Source: Schizosaccharomyces osmophilus
Taxonomy: Eukaryota
DNA: 64,000 bases
Assembly: GCF_027921745.1 (NCBI RefSeq)
Contig: NC_079238.1
Coordinates: 2,356,001-2,420,000, forward strand
Direction of reading: 5' to 3'
Part shown: in pieces, positions 44,929-56,962 of the stretch
Numbering within the stretch: the first letter of the stretch is position 1
Layout of the letters: each line of letters begins with the position of its first letter
Translations under genes and position numbers: made by a program
The notes under the pieces: generated by a model
The model's database searches: none
What the model saw: only the letters and a program-made list of their open reading frames with translations
What the model was told of the DNA's origin: nothing

Positions 44929-47343
44929 TTAGGCAGGGATATGTTCTAGCAGGTAAGAGTATTGAGAAGTAATCCTTTGGATTTCTCTATGTTTTGCCGT
45001 ATGTAATATGATTTCCTTGAGTAGTGATCGCTTGTTTAAAGAAGAAGAAATGAAAGGATTCCAAATACGATCGCCGATTTTTACGGGAGTGGTGCAGCTT
45101 AAAGGGACTCGCAAGGGACCAAGTAGTTCACGACATAATTCATCCATTTTATCCTTCATTCCTTCCTCGGCAATTCGATTCGCATATAATAAAAGATTTT
45201 CATGAAAGTCAAACTTCAAACTTAGCTTTTCAGAACTCATAAGACGGTTTTCAAGATGCCGAATACTCACAACCATTTCGTAATTATCATAACCTTGACG
45301 GAGCATAGAGGCTTTAACAGTTCTTTGCAAGAATCTTCCTCTTCCAGCTTTGATAATTTCTTCATCCGTACATCGCTCTAAGAAGCTCATCGCACTTTCT
45401 TCTCGAGAATCTGTAACAAGTGAACCCCAGTACTGACTACCTATCATCCACCATCCTTCACTAACCCGTAGCCAGGAGCTCGTAATTGGACTGTATGCAA
45501 AAGCGTTTCCATCACTCATGACTGCAATTGGGGTACCCGTATCAGTTACAAACAACTGCTCTAATGAAGGACCTTTTGCAACTTTTGAATTTGAAAAATT
45601 CGCATGAAACAGCGGAAGCATACTAACAGGATTATGAACTGCCTTAGAGGAAATCACATCCCATGTGTAAAGTAAGCCATTGGAAGCTACACAGCATAGG
45701 TAGGATTCACAGCATTCCAAAAAGCATGGTGTCGAACCTACAACAAGAGGCGGCAACAGAAGTCTTCCATGAGGGCTAAAAACATGAACCGAAGCGTCTT
45801 CTGTTCCCGCAGCCCAAAACTTTTTCGTACCATTCGCAAGGACCACTGAAGAAGAAAGATATGTCACCCAGTCGGGATTGTTTTCGCCCTCATTCCCTGT
45901 ATAGCATTCTATCTTTGTACATTCCTGATGATTTCTAATCCGCATTGTCCCGAAGGATTTAGTAATTTCCCATTTCGGTTTTACCAAAGGATTGCCGATA
46001 CGGATTTGTGAAAACAATGTTGCTGGGTGAATCGATGCAGGGCGTAGAGTAACCTTTTTCTTAAGTACTTTTCTTTTCTTTACAGATGGAGGTGAAGAAG
46101 GGGGAGAACGGACTTTTGGGACCTCGGTGGTTGTATTTGGTAAGGGCGCAGAAACTATAACAGTGGGCTCTAATGTGTTTTTGGGTCCATATGGCTTTTT
46201 CAAAAAGTTGCAGTTTGATAAGTCTTCTGGATATTCAATTTGATCCATCTTTGGACCAAATTCAGACTCTTCAAACCTCAATAAACAAATATGTCCATCT
46301 AATGACACTCCGTAGAGTTCAAACCCGCTATTCGACCATTGTATGTCACAAAAGGCAGCAAGTGTAATGTTTTTAATGACGAGTACTGGACGTGCGCATG
46401 CTGTGTTCCAAATGCAAATACATCCGTCGTGGGCCGCACTAGCTATGACTGATTTTTGAAATGGATCACTGAACAAATAGGGATTGAATGATGTGCATTC
46501 TAAAGACTCTTGATGGCCAACCAAGCTGATGTCGAATGTCCACGAGTCTCGTTGAACAATAGCAATTACGTTTATTCCTTCATTTATAGCATTGACTGCG
46601 GCAATGTGGGCTCCATCAGGAGACCAGCTTAAACGAAGATAACGGCTGTTAATGGGCATATGTTCAAAAGGCTTAGAGATGTTTTTCTCCAGAGCAAATG
46701 TTGCTAATCTCCAAATTTTCAAAGAGCGGTCTAAACTATGTGATGCCAGATATTGGCTTAGAGGATCAAAGGCAAGCCCGCAAATAAAAGAATGGTGTCC
46801 GTCTATCACTTTTAAAAGACTGTATTCAAAGACTTTATTATAGTTTGAGTGCTTCTTTTCAGTGGACGAATTTTCGGGCCCTTCCTCCATCTGAGATTCC
46901 AGCTTTTCTGTGGTATGGCCATTCTCAGACATATTTGGCATTTCTTTTTCTTTACGCAAATAAATAGATATGCTCTTCCACGCCGTCGCCAGCAAGTTAG
47001 CTTGTTGACTCCAGCAAAGTTCGTAGGCAGGCCCAGCGATCGTTTGCAAAGGCGAATCCCATGTCTCTACTTCATAAAGGAACGTTCCGTCTTCCGTAGC
47101 AATTCCGAGGTATCGACCATCCTTTGAAAATCGGACGCATGTCACGGGAGCTGGGAATTGTAGTTTAGCGGAAAAGCACTCTTCTGTTAAAGCGTTTACG
47201 TTTTCGTTGGATGAAATCTCAGGAAAAAAGGTAGTTGGTAAAATATGAACAAAATTTACTCCTGCAATCGCTATATATATTTCTGAAGACGTAATAGAAT
47301 ACAAAGGCTGGGTTTCTTTCAATCTAGCAGCATAAAGTCGCAT
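44929..47343 (-). CDS. slm9: HIRA histone chaperone subunit
   Basis: WD40 N-terminus (RLSWSPDG, WTFDISLVGH), basic B-domain-like segment and HIRA C-domain (GRLLLPP, HLENRL); name from synteny. Confidence 0.88.
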   Translation of the reverse strand: MRLYAARLKETQPLYSITSSEIYIAIAGVNFVHILPTTFFPEISSNENVNALTEECFSAKLQFPAPVTCVRFSKDGRYLGIATEDGTFLYEVETWDSPLQTIAGPAYELCWSQQANLLATAWKSISIYLRKEKEMPNMSENGHTTEKLESQMEEGPENSSTEKKHSNYNKVFEYSLLKVIDGHHSFICGLAFDPLSQYLASHSLDRSLKIWRLATFALEKNISKPFEHMPINSRYLRLSWSPDGAHIAAVNAINEGINVIAIVQRDSWTFDISLVGHQESLECTSFNPYLFSDPFQKSVIASAAHDGCICIWNTACARPVLVIKNITLAAFCDIQWSNSGFELYGVSLDGHICLLRFEESEFGPKMDQIEYPEDLSNCNFLKKPYGPKNTLEPTVIVSAPLPNTTTEVPKVRSPPSSPPSVKKRKVLKKKVTLRPASIHPATLFSQIRIGNPLVKPKWEITKSFGTMRIRNHQECTKIECYTGNEGENNPDWVTYLSSSVVLANGTKKFWAAGTEDASVHVFSPHGRLLLPPLVVGSTPCFLECCESYLCCVASNGLLYTWDVISSKAVHNPVSMLPLFHANFSNSKVAKGPSLEQLFVTDTGTPIAVMSDGNAFAYSPITSSWLRVSEGWWMIGSQYWGSLVTDSREESAMSFLERCTDEEIIKAGRGRFLQRTVKASMLRQGYDNYEMVVSIRHLENRLMSSEKLSLKFDFHENLLLYANRIAEEGMKDKMDELCRELLGPLRVPLSCTTPVKIGDRIWNPFISSSLNKRSLLKEIILHTAKHREIQRITSQYSYLLEHIPA

Positions 47344-48293
47344 GTTGAGCTTTACATCGGCGGTGCCTTCAAATTTTATTGAATGGCATGTAAAGGAGCC
47401 TATGAACTCGATGAGTTTGAGCCGACCGGTTTAGGCTTTGCTTTCGTTTGTTGGGCGTTCGTTATAATAGTTGTGAGTGTAAAATTCCCTGTCCACTATG
47501 TTGTAAGGGATTTGAAAGAAATGTAGTTTATTCAGGGAATGGCTCGTTAGAGAAGTGCCGATTTCGATATCAGATGGTGGACCAGCGGCGTAACGACGAA
47601 CACTCTATGCACGGTTAATATTCATCAGAGATCGATTATTGCTACACGGTATTATGAAGGAAGAAATTTTTTTTTTTTTTTTTTTTTATACTGTTGCTGT
47701 CCCTACTAGAATCGCATACACATATTTACGTAAAGAAGAATAGAACCCGCAAGAAAGTAAAAAGAACAAAGAAACACTAGATTCTATTAAAAAAGATATT
47801 TTGAACCCTCATAACTCATATGAAACCAAAACCCATATAGCAAATGAAAAGGAAGAAGTGCGAGTAAACACAAAATTGTAAGCTATACAAACGAAATAAA
47901 ACAACCAACGTTGAAGAATGACAAAGCCATAAAACAATTTGGTAAGCAATTGATACCAAGTAGTGTGAATACACCAAATCCAAATTCAGAAAGCGCTATA
48001 GTTATTTACATATTCATCTCATGGATTAGTGAGAGTTTTGAACCATGGATAACTCACGTGAAAGGTAAAGTAGTCGTAAAGAGAAACTTTTTTTTTTTTT
48101 CTATGTGAATACATTATTTTCAAGGCAAAACAAAAAAGAACGAAGCAGAAATGTATAAGAATGTCGACTCTTCGGACGAAATATAAGTACAAGAGAAACA
48201 AAATCATCAATGTTTGAATGATGTTTTATGGGAGGATTCACAAGGATCCTGGAGCGTCGGATGGTGGAGTATTTGTGTTTTCTCCATTGTTTT

Positions 48294-50021
48294 TTAAACG
48301 CCAATGGACAAACTAGAGGAATTTGCGTGAACAGCATCCTGAGAAAAGTTCGAGATGCTTGCCTGAAGTTGTTTTTCTTCACAAGATTTAACGCATTTAT
48401 CGACCTTTACTTGCAGTTCGCTCAAGTTCATAACGCTTCGGACGGCAAGCAAGCAGGCTCTTGCAATGTGGATGGCAGGAGTCGGATCGGGATGGTGCAA
48501 AATGAACTCTACCCATTGGGCCAAAGAATTTGGAGAAACAAAGACAGCATGGATCATCAACAAGGCAAGGCGGGGAAGGTCGGCCTTATCCACGGGACAG
48601 TTGTTATACCAATTTGAAAACTCTGGTTCTAAACCAGGCTCATGGCAAAGAGAACGGAGGCCAAGATTAAACAAAGACTCATCAAGGACAGCGGTGGGAG
48701 TGGTAGCGGGAGGTAACTCGGCCTTGAGGAGAGCGAGGCTGCTCATTTCGGGGTGAAGAGGTCTTACAATACCGGCGAGGACGACTTGGCGGATAAACAT
48801 GCGACGAAGCAAATAGGTGATAATTTCATCGCTTGGACTCGTCATCAAAGAAGCATCAAACTTGACGACCTGATCGACGGCAAAGTTGAAGAGCTGAATA
48901 TCGCATTTGGGAATGTAAAGTTGGGTAACAGCCAAAAGGACTAGAATAAGAAGGCTCTCTGTGGTAGTGATGTTGGTAAGGGTGACGCGGGCCTGGCGAG
49001 AAAAAGCGATGGCATCGTCGGTCAAGTGACGCTTAGCACTAGCGAAAGCATAGAGAGCGACACTGATGTTTGGATTGCGTAAAGCGAGTTCAGGGATTGT
49101 GGAAGACCAATAGATGCTAGAGAAGGAAGAATAGGGACTAAGAGGAGGAAAATAGCAAGAGTCCCAAAGGCAGAGAGAAGGAGCCACGGACTGGATGTAG
49201 TAAAGAAAGGTAGGATGGGTGGGCTGACCGGCCATACCATGGGGAGCGGGTTCAGAAAGCAAGCTAGAGACGGGAATTCTGCGGGCGGCAGTGAGAGCGC
49301 CGGTAGGACGAGGGAAATGAGTGTACCCTTCGCATTGTCTCTTGGATTTGATGCAGTTGTAGCAGATAGGCTTGCGCTCGTCGCACTTAATTCTGCGTTT
49401 GCGACAAGTAAGACAGCCAGTTTTTGTGCGTTTCCGAGCTTGGCGTTTGACAAGGCTGCTATTGCTTACACCGGGGGGTGAGGTGGTGCCTTTGCCGGTT
49501 CCGTTGGAGGGGTTGACGGAGTTGGAGAGGGAGCCGTTGAGGGCGGAATTCTTTGAGAGGGAAGGAGAAACGGGAAGAGGGTCGTTGGGAGAAGGAGAGG
49601 CGATAGTGGCGGGATTGGGAGAATGGACGGCGTAGGCAGAGGGATCATGGTTGGTGGTGGGAGGAGGAGCAGTAGAAGGAGCCGGGAAAGGGCTGTTGGA
49701 GTATGCGGCAGCGGGATTGGAAGAAGAGGAGACCACGGGATGTTGTTGGAGGTAAGGAGAAGAAGCATGGGAGGCAACATTTTGGTAGTTGGGAGCGGAA
49801 GAGATGGGAGGTAAAGAAGCAAGAGAAGGAGCAAGGACAGTGGCAGAAAGAGGAGGAAGTTGAGTAAGCATGGAAGGATGTTGCTGAACGTGGAACATGG
49901 GGGGAGCGCCTTGTTGGTAGGTGGGGTATGTGGTGTAAGAAGCATTTGGATTTTGGGAAGCAGCAGAGTGCATATGGTCAGCAAGAGGAGGTTGATGAGG
50001 AGAATTGGAAGAACGATTCAT
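48294..50021 (-). CDS. gsf1: Zn(II)2Cys6 transcription factor (flocculation repressor), ~575 aa
   Basis: RKRTKTGCLTCRKRRIKCDERKPICYNCIKSKRQCEGY; Pro/Ser-rich N-terminus; first ATG of the frame at 50021; name from synteny. Confidence 0.85.
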   Translation of the reverse strand: MNRSSNSPHQPPLADHMHSAASQNPNASYTTYPTYQQGAPPMFHVQQHPSMLTQLPPLSATVLAPSLASLPPISSAPNYQNVASHASSPYLQQHPVVSSSSNPAAAYSNSPFPAPSTAPPPTTNHDPSAYAVHSPNPATIASPSPNDPLPVSPSLSKNSALNGSLSNSVNPSNGTGKGTTSPPGVSNSSLVKRQARKRTKTGCLTCRKRRIKCDERKPICYNCIKSKRQCEGYTHFPRPTGALTAARRIPVSSLLSEPAPHGMAGQPTHPTFLYYIQSVAPSLCLWDSCYFPPLSPYSSFSSIYWSSTIPELALRNPNISVALYAFASAKRHLTDDAIAFSRQARVTLTNITTTESLLILVLLAVTQLYIPKCDIQLFNFAVDQVVKFDASLMTSPSDEIITYLLRRMFIRQVVLAGIVRPLHPEMSSLALLKAELPPATTPTAVLDESLFNLGLRSLCHEPGLEPEFSNWYNNCPVDKADLPRLALLMIHAVFVSPNSLAQWVEFILHHPDPTPAIHIARACLLAVRSVMNLSELQVKVDKCVKSCEEKQLQASISNFSQDAVHANSSSLSIGV

Positions 50022-50049
50022 ATTGGCGAGAAAAAGGGTGTGGATTTTA

Positions 50050-50650
50050 AAAAAAGGAAAACAAAAAAAAAAAGGAAAAAAACAAAAGACAAGTAATGAA
50101 ATGAAAAAAAAGTCGAATAAAAAAATGGTTGATGATCGCCTTGTTACCAAAACAAGGAGAAAAGAAACCAAAAAGAGAAAAGAAAAAGGAAACCGATCAA
50201 GAAGAATTCTTTAATAAAAACAAAAAGAAAAACAAAACCTCTTGAACGGGGTTGGAACAATCGCAAAGTGGGGGAAGAAGAAACAAAACAAAACAAACCA
50301 AACCAAGACAAAACAAAACAAAACAAAACAAAAAAAAGGAACGACGCGACGAAAACAAACAAACAAACAAACAAACACAAATAAAAGAAGAAAGCAGTGA
50401 GTTTATCAACGAAAACAAGACGCTTCCAAAGAGATGTAGAGGGAATCAACAATCAACAATCAACAGAATAAATCGAAAAGAAAACAGACAACAAACACAC
50501 ACACACAACAAAAGAAAAAGTAAACAAAAAAAAAACAATTCAATTCAACCAAAAGCAACCGAAAGCAATCGAAGAAGAAATTGAAATTGAAACTTGTCGC
50601 TGTAAGTTATGAGACAAGACGAAGAAGAAGAAAAAAAAAAAAAAAGGACT
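50050..50650. repeat. Low-complexity (CAAAA)n/(CAAA)n/A-rich tract; U-rich on the gsf1 strand
   Basis: Runs such as AAACAAAACAAAACAAACCAAACCAAGACAAAACAAAAC at 50281-50330 and (AAAC)n at ~50353-50376. Confidence 0.8.
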
Positions 50651-51983
50651 TGACTTCGTTTGGGAGGAAATTTAAGAAATAAAATACTCGGGAGAAAAGG
50701 AACTCGAGAAAACAGGGAAACGAGAGAATTTAAATAAGAGGGATTCGCGGGGCAGAAAAGAGAATTGACGAGATGGGATGCATGGATAAAGCCGAATGAA
50801 CGACTGGAAGAATGACATCAAATGATTATGAATAAGCATTCAGTCATTTCGTAAACGCAAACGTTCCGCTGGGTCTAGCCAATGAGAATCGAGGGGTATT
50901 CGGCTTGGAGAAACGAAGGAAATGTCCGGATTTTCTATCGACTCTTCCTCCGAGGGGAAGGGAAATGCACGGTGACAGAAACAACGCAAGGCGCAGGGCA
51001 GGGCATAGAGGAGAGCGAACGAAACGTCGGTACGACCGAGGAATGTCGGTACGAATGAAAAAGTTATCGAGTTGTTTGGGAATGGCAGATGGGAGATGGC
51101 GGATGGTATGGATGAGAGAGGGTCGTATCGAAAGGAAAGAGAGAATTGATATGAATACAATTTTGTTTTGTTTTTGAATACAATTATTGGATGGTTTTCT
51201 TTTTATATTATATATATATATATACATCAGGATGGGCTGAATCATCAGGATGGACTGAATGGAATATTATTATTGAACAAAAAAAAAAAAAAAAAATTGG
51301 ATGGTTGTTGATGCAATCGATGAATTGGATGGATTCAGTGGAAGAGTTGAATGAATGGGAAGAAAAGCAATAACCAGTTATCCGAGGAGAAAAAGAGAGA
51401 GAGAAAGGCAATGTGAAGGGCGAGAAAAAGAAGGAGAGAGGACAAAAATAGCGCAAAACATAATTAGCGCAAATGAAAAAGAATTCTCCGAGGACGAATA
51501 AATCCAAGAAGAAAAATGAAAATTTGTTGACAAAAGGGAAAAAATGACTTTTTTTTTTTTTTCAATTTATTATTTTTTCACTTTATGTTCATTTCTTTAT
51601 ACTTGGGTTACTTGGGTTTCTTCGTTGGATTCTTCGTTGGATTCTTCGTCCTCGGATTTTGTTTCCGAATCACATCAATAATGATAAAAAGGAAAAAAAC
51701 AAATAAAGAAAAGTAAAAACAAATAAATAAAATCTACAAATCAAAATAAACAAATCAACAAAATGAAAAAATGAAAAAATCGCTGCTTCGCATCCTTTTC
51801 CCTCAGTCGAGTCGTTTTCTCTCTCTTCGCGATTTGAAATCGCAGTTCCATTCCACTAGGTTTTGTCCTCTTGGATTGGAATCTCTATTATCGAATTAGA
51901 TTTCCCCCTTGCATTTCGTAAACCTCGGTCGGACCGTCGGCTGAAGGCTTAGTTGGTTCTGACTTTTCTTAGCGATTGCTTTT

Positions 51984-51990
51984 ACGTCAT
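51984..51990 (-). promoter_or_regulatory. CRE/M26 heptamer ATGACGT (Atf1-Pcr1 site)
   Basis: ACGTCAT on + within the 3-kb gsf1-klp9 divergent intergenic region. Confidence 0.45.
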
Positions 51991-52501
51991 AGAAATCAAT
52001 TAATCCGGCTATCCATTTGATTCCCACTTCTCCACAACATTCGTCCGTTACGAGGTTGAAACGTGCGAGGCATGAAATAAGCAAGCGTCCTTGGATTACT
52101 TGGGTATCATCACCAAACGCAATTGTTGTGACCTTTTCCTTTCTTGGTCCATCAATCATCGATCCATTGATTTCTGTTTTTTTTTTTTCTCCATTGCTTT
52201 TACTTTCGATTGAATTCTTTCCTTTTCCTTTTCCTTTTTCTTTTTCTTATTCCCTTTTCCCTCTTTTTTTGTTTATCGCTTTATCGCGGATCCCCACTTA
52301 CCCCTCTTTGCAAACTCTCTCTTTCGACTTGCTCTCCGCGTTCAATTCATTCGTTCTTTTCCAACCTTATCCGACCCTGGGTTTCCCCCTCTTTTTGTTG
52401 ACCTGCCTCGGTGATTACAGCCATCACTGGATAAAGCCCTAAGATTATAGATAAACAAAAGGAAAACAAAAGAAAAACAAAAAATTCAATCCAAAGTCCA
52501 A

Positions 52502-52533
52502 GCAAAAGCAAAAGCAAAAGCAAAAGCAAAAGC
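52502..52533. repeat. (GCAAAA)5 microsatellite
   Basis: GCAAAA repeated five times, then GC; the complementary unit (TTTTGC)3 occurs in the klp9 intron. Confidence 0.85.
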
Positions 52534-53108
52534 GTTTGTGTATGTGTATCCTGTGATCCCTTTCACCCAAGCCCATCCTTTCCTCTCGTTCCTCTCGTTC
52601 CATTTCCAAATGTTGTTTTTTTCTGTTCTCATTCTACATTCACACTTGGGTTCGGCTTTTCTCCATACATTCGTTTCGATGCCGAAAAGTTTATTCCTTT
52701 TCAATTCCTACTTTTCACATGGAAACATGAATTGTCTTTTCCCTCTCATTGTAGCTCTCTTTTCTTTCCTTTCCATCAATTTTTTGCTTGTCACCGCACA
52801 CTCTCCGCTGCCTACCTGCTAGCTCATCTCTGCTAGCCTCACACTTCCCTCCCTCCTCTCGTCCATCTTTTCTTCTTCCTTTTTAGGTTTCTTACTCGTT
52901 CTTACAACTCCTTCTCTCTTCTTATTCCTTATACGAACCTCTAACGTTTTTTTACGCACCCTCTTCTCTCTTCTTATACCGTTTACACATCTCCTACGAC
53001 TCCTTACGCACCCCATCTCGTCCACGCAATCCCTCGTTCCTCTCCACCAAGTCAGGTGGTCTCTCTCTTTCCTTTTGTAAACATGAATCTTATCCAACCC
53101 ACCGGCCT

Positions 53109-55091
53109 ATGATTCAGGTACGCCGCGGCTTGGTCTCTTGTCCTTGCATTCCTTTTGCTTTTGCTTTTGCTTTTCCTTTACTAATCTTCCTGTAGACCTT
53201 TTTGCGCGTGAAAAAGGCTCCTCTCCAGCCCGAGGATGCCTCCCAAACATATGGTTTCGTTACCATTCTCAATGACGATGATGTCGTTTTAGAGTCCCCA
53301 GAAGACTCTCATGCTTTTCGCGTTTCCAAAGCTAAAACTTCCGAAAAAACTTCCTTCTCCAAAGTTTTTTCCCCTACTTGCTCTCAATGGGACGTCTTTG
53401 TCTCCATCTGTGCTCCTTTGCTCTCCCAGTCTCTCTTTCACATGAACGATGCCCTCTTGTTTACCTTGGGCGTCTCTGGCGCTGGCAAAACTTACACCCT
53501 CTTTGGTCCCCAAGATCATCCTGGCGTCGTTTACCTTGCTCTCGATGCCCTCTTCTACAATATCCGTGGCCGCGAAGCCAGCTTTCCCGTCGTAGAATCC
53601 ATTCGCTCCAAGCTCGACAAGTGTAAAGTTCTAGAGGGCTCCAAGTATCTGAAACATGAACCTTCCCATCCAATCCAACTCCCCTCTCCCGACGCTTATG
53701 CCTCTCTTTTCCCACAAAAACTCGATCCCTCCTTTCAGTATGCAATTTATCTCTGTTTTCCTGAAATTTATAACGATCGCATCTTTGACTTGCTCGAAAA
53801 GGCAAGCTTCTTTGGCCATCGCCACGCTCTTTCTTTGAAAAAGTCTTCCTCCTCCGATAAAAAATCTGTCGCTGGCATTCAAAAGGTTTACGTCGCTAAC
53901 CCCCATGAAGCTTTTCAACTCGTCCATAAAGTTTTGCAATTGCGAAAGTCCACTTCCACAAAGGCTAATTCCGTCTCCTCCCGCTCTCATCTCGTCGTTT
54001 CCATCGAGCTCTTCCGCTTGCAACCCGCAAAAAATCACATCGAAAGCTGTCAACTTGATTTGGTTGACCTTGCTGGCTCTGAACGAACCCGTTCCGCCGA
54101 AACTTCTGGCTTACTTCTCCGAGAAGGTGCTAGCATCAACAAGAGCCTTTTAACCCTAGGCCAGTGTCTCGAAGCCTTGCGTCGTAAACATGATGGAAGG
54201 CAACACATTATCCCCTTCCGTCAAAGCAAATTAACCGAGCTGCTCTTCCATTCCGGTCATTTGTCCGGCACTGCTAGAACTTGCATGCTCGTCAACATCG
54301 ACCCTCTGGGAAGTTTCGATGAAAACGCCCAAGTCATGCGCTACAGTGCAAACGCCCGTGAAATCATACCTACACAATCCTCCTCTTACACCGACAATTT
54401 TATGTCTCCGTCCCTTAATCGTACCGCTACGCAATCCAAGTCTACACATTCGGAAGCAATCCAAGTACAAAACGAACAACTACAAAGAGAAAATGAATCT
54501 CTTCGGCAGCTCCTCGCTGACGCTGACGCGGAAATGGTAAATTTGGAGTATGAAATTCGCGAACAAATGACCCGTGAAATGGAGGAACGAGTATCGCAAG
54601 TGGAACAAACATTCTTAAATCGAATGCTTGAGGAAACCGCTCAAGGCATTGAGTATACAGATCAGAAAATTGAAAAAATGGGTGAATGGGTGCGCCGATT
54701 GCAACAGGGTAACAAGGAGAAAGATGAGTGCGTCGCCCATCTGGAACATATCATCGAACAGTTGCAAGAAGAGAATAGCATCGAAGAGAAACCTGCTCTT
54801 CAGGATACCAGCAATGTGCACTATATCGATAATAATCGTCGTTCTTCTCGTAAACTACACTACGAAGATAAACAAGCTATTGAAGAAGCTCACAGTCTTC
54901 ATACCAAAAGGAAACTTTGGCCTGAGCCCACTTTGCTTCAGTCGTCTGAAACAGAGGAGGAAGAAGGCAAAACTGAAATTAGCCCAAAGAAGAAGTCGCC
55001 ATCTCCGCTGAAGCCTCTTAGTCCTTCAAGGCGACCCCCATTAACTAAGATGTATAGTCAAACTGGCGACGTGGATATCAACCAACTATAA
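53109..55091 (+). CDS. klp9: Kinesin-6 motor; join(53109..53117,53196..55091), 634 aa
   Basis: 9-nt first exon MIQ joined to TFLRVK; GVSGAGKT P-loop, SSRSH, DLAGSER and IPFRQSKLT motifs; coiled coil. Confidence 0.92.
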
Positions 55092-55326
55092 TGTTCCTTC
55101 TTTACGATATATTGACGTCTTATTTGAAGACGATTGGTTTACTTTTTTTCAAAATTGATTCACGCTAATGAACTCGTGTTATGCTCTACTTGATTTCGAT
55201 GAATGAATAAATGTTAATTTCTTATTTGCGTAAAATCATTAATAGAGAATGAGAGTAAATGCTTTGTTTCACTTCCATACCAAAAACTTCTCGAGTTAAA
55301 GCCGTTTGTTTGTTACTCGATTCAAA

Positions 55327-56313
55327 TTAGTGCAAAAGCAAATCCAAAATTCCATTGATTCCGTTTGGGTGATTGTCTACATCCTCTTGTGATTTTATGT
55401 TTTCTTTAGACAAAGCACGGACAATCACATCCTGATCAAAGCCAAAATTCTGCAAGCTTTGAACAACCTTTGGATCAATCCCATTGTAACTGTCGCTCGC
55501 CTCTTCCACATCGATAAATGCAGGAGGTTGTGCATAAAGTCTAACCCATTCTCTAGCAGTTTGAATGAATTGGTCGTAGTTTTGAATGTACACTTGGGCT
55601 ACCTGTGCATCTTGAGGATTTGAGGGTTCCGGGGTGCACAAAAGAGACTGTAAGCTAATCAATGCAGACTTTACGGTATACACGGGAGACCATTGATCTT
55701 TCAAAATGTCGAGACAAATAGCTCCTGTTTGAGAGGAGATGTTTGGATGGTAAATTTTTGTGTCAAACTTCATTTTAGGGGGACGAAAAGGATAATCTGA
55801 AAAAGTGTGAGAATATGCAAAGTAAAAATAAAAATAAAAACGAGATTTAGTTTCGAATTTATTCAATGTTCATACCAATCTACTCAAGTTAGTAAATATC
55901 TCATATAGAATACAAAGAGTACATACGGGAATTTCGACATCGACAGTGTAGTAACCACCTAATGCACAAGTACGTTAGGGTTCTTTTGTCTAAAAATAGG
56001 CCATATAGGATAATTGCCATTATTTTGTGGACGATCTTCTAATGAAACATACCTTCATAAGCAGTATCAGGCGGGCCCTTAAACATTCCCTTGAGTCGAG
56101 CTGTTTTAAAAGTTAGAAAGCCTATTATTTCAAAATTCAAGCAACATACATATGTCGGATTCATTCACGGTCCAAACTTGGATTCCAGCTTGTGTATCCC
56201 GACGTACATCTAAACAAGTTAGTAACAATATATACATATATATAAATTTATTTATATAGAATTTCATTACCGGCTAATTCTTTTCCGATTCTGCGAGAAC
56301 GACTGTCAGACAT
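55327..56313 (-). CDS. ubc1: Ubiquitin-conjugating enzyme Ubc1 (UBE2K-like, UBA tail); six exons 56313..56271,56209..56150,56100..56053,55958..55927,55879..55876,55796..55327, 218 aa
   Basis: Hand splicing gives [16 protein letters not shown]...[23 protein letters not shown]...[16 protein letters not shown]; total 657 nt. Confidence 0.92.
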
Positions 56314-56962
56314 GTTTGTAGAGGGTAACAGATAATTTTGACAGGTGAAGGAATGAAGCTAGGAATCGTTGAATTTTTACAAAAATCATCGTTCAATAGA
56401 ATATAGTTCTATCAAATTCATAGATAGAATAGAATAAAATTAAAATTGAATCTTTTTTAGTCATTCGTCTTGTACCTTACAAGAAGAAAATTTACCGCGA
56501 TTGTAGAAGAGAGTGTGGCATCCATCTAGGCTTTTTCTTAACGCGAGAGCTCTTTCTTTCTTTATTTTTCTTCTGTTGTTTAATTTTAATAATAAATTAT
56601 TGACTTCGTCATGATAACAAAAACACCCTCAATGAATGAATGATACTATGTAAATCAAACCTGCAAAAAAAAATACTAAAGCTGATACATTTTCACTATC
56701 TTCAATATTCAACAAGTATAAAAACAAATACAGATATTTCGATAGATGATAGATGTGTATTTTCTATGATTTTCTCTTGCGACCTTTTTTTTTTTTTTTT
56801 TCTGGTTTGTTTACATTTTAGTGCATCTGCATCATACATACGGTTTGGTTCGCAAAATCCAGTAACATACTCAAGTGAAACAAAAGGCGAAAGAAATTGT
56901 CAAATAGAGAAGACAAATCAAACCAACAACAATCCATTGAGTTTTGCTTTGAATCATTCCCA

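Noticed and set aside
50022..50584. Hydrophobic or Lys-rich ORFs, including a 50-aa N-terminal extension of gsf1
   Set aside because: Artefacts of A/T-rich low-complexity repeats with TTG/GTG starts.
51601..51650. Short tandem duplications ACTTGGGTT x2 and TTCTTCGTTGGA x2
   Set aside because: Ordinary slippage duplications; no spacer-repeat periodicity.
50840..53097. Several 60-140 aa ORFs in the gsf1-klp9 intergenic region
   Set aside because: Overlapping in many frames, driven by purine/pyrimidine skew, no motifs; some could be uORFs but this is unsupported.
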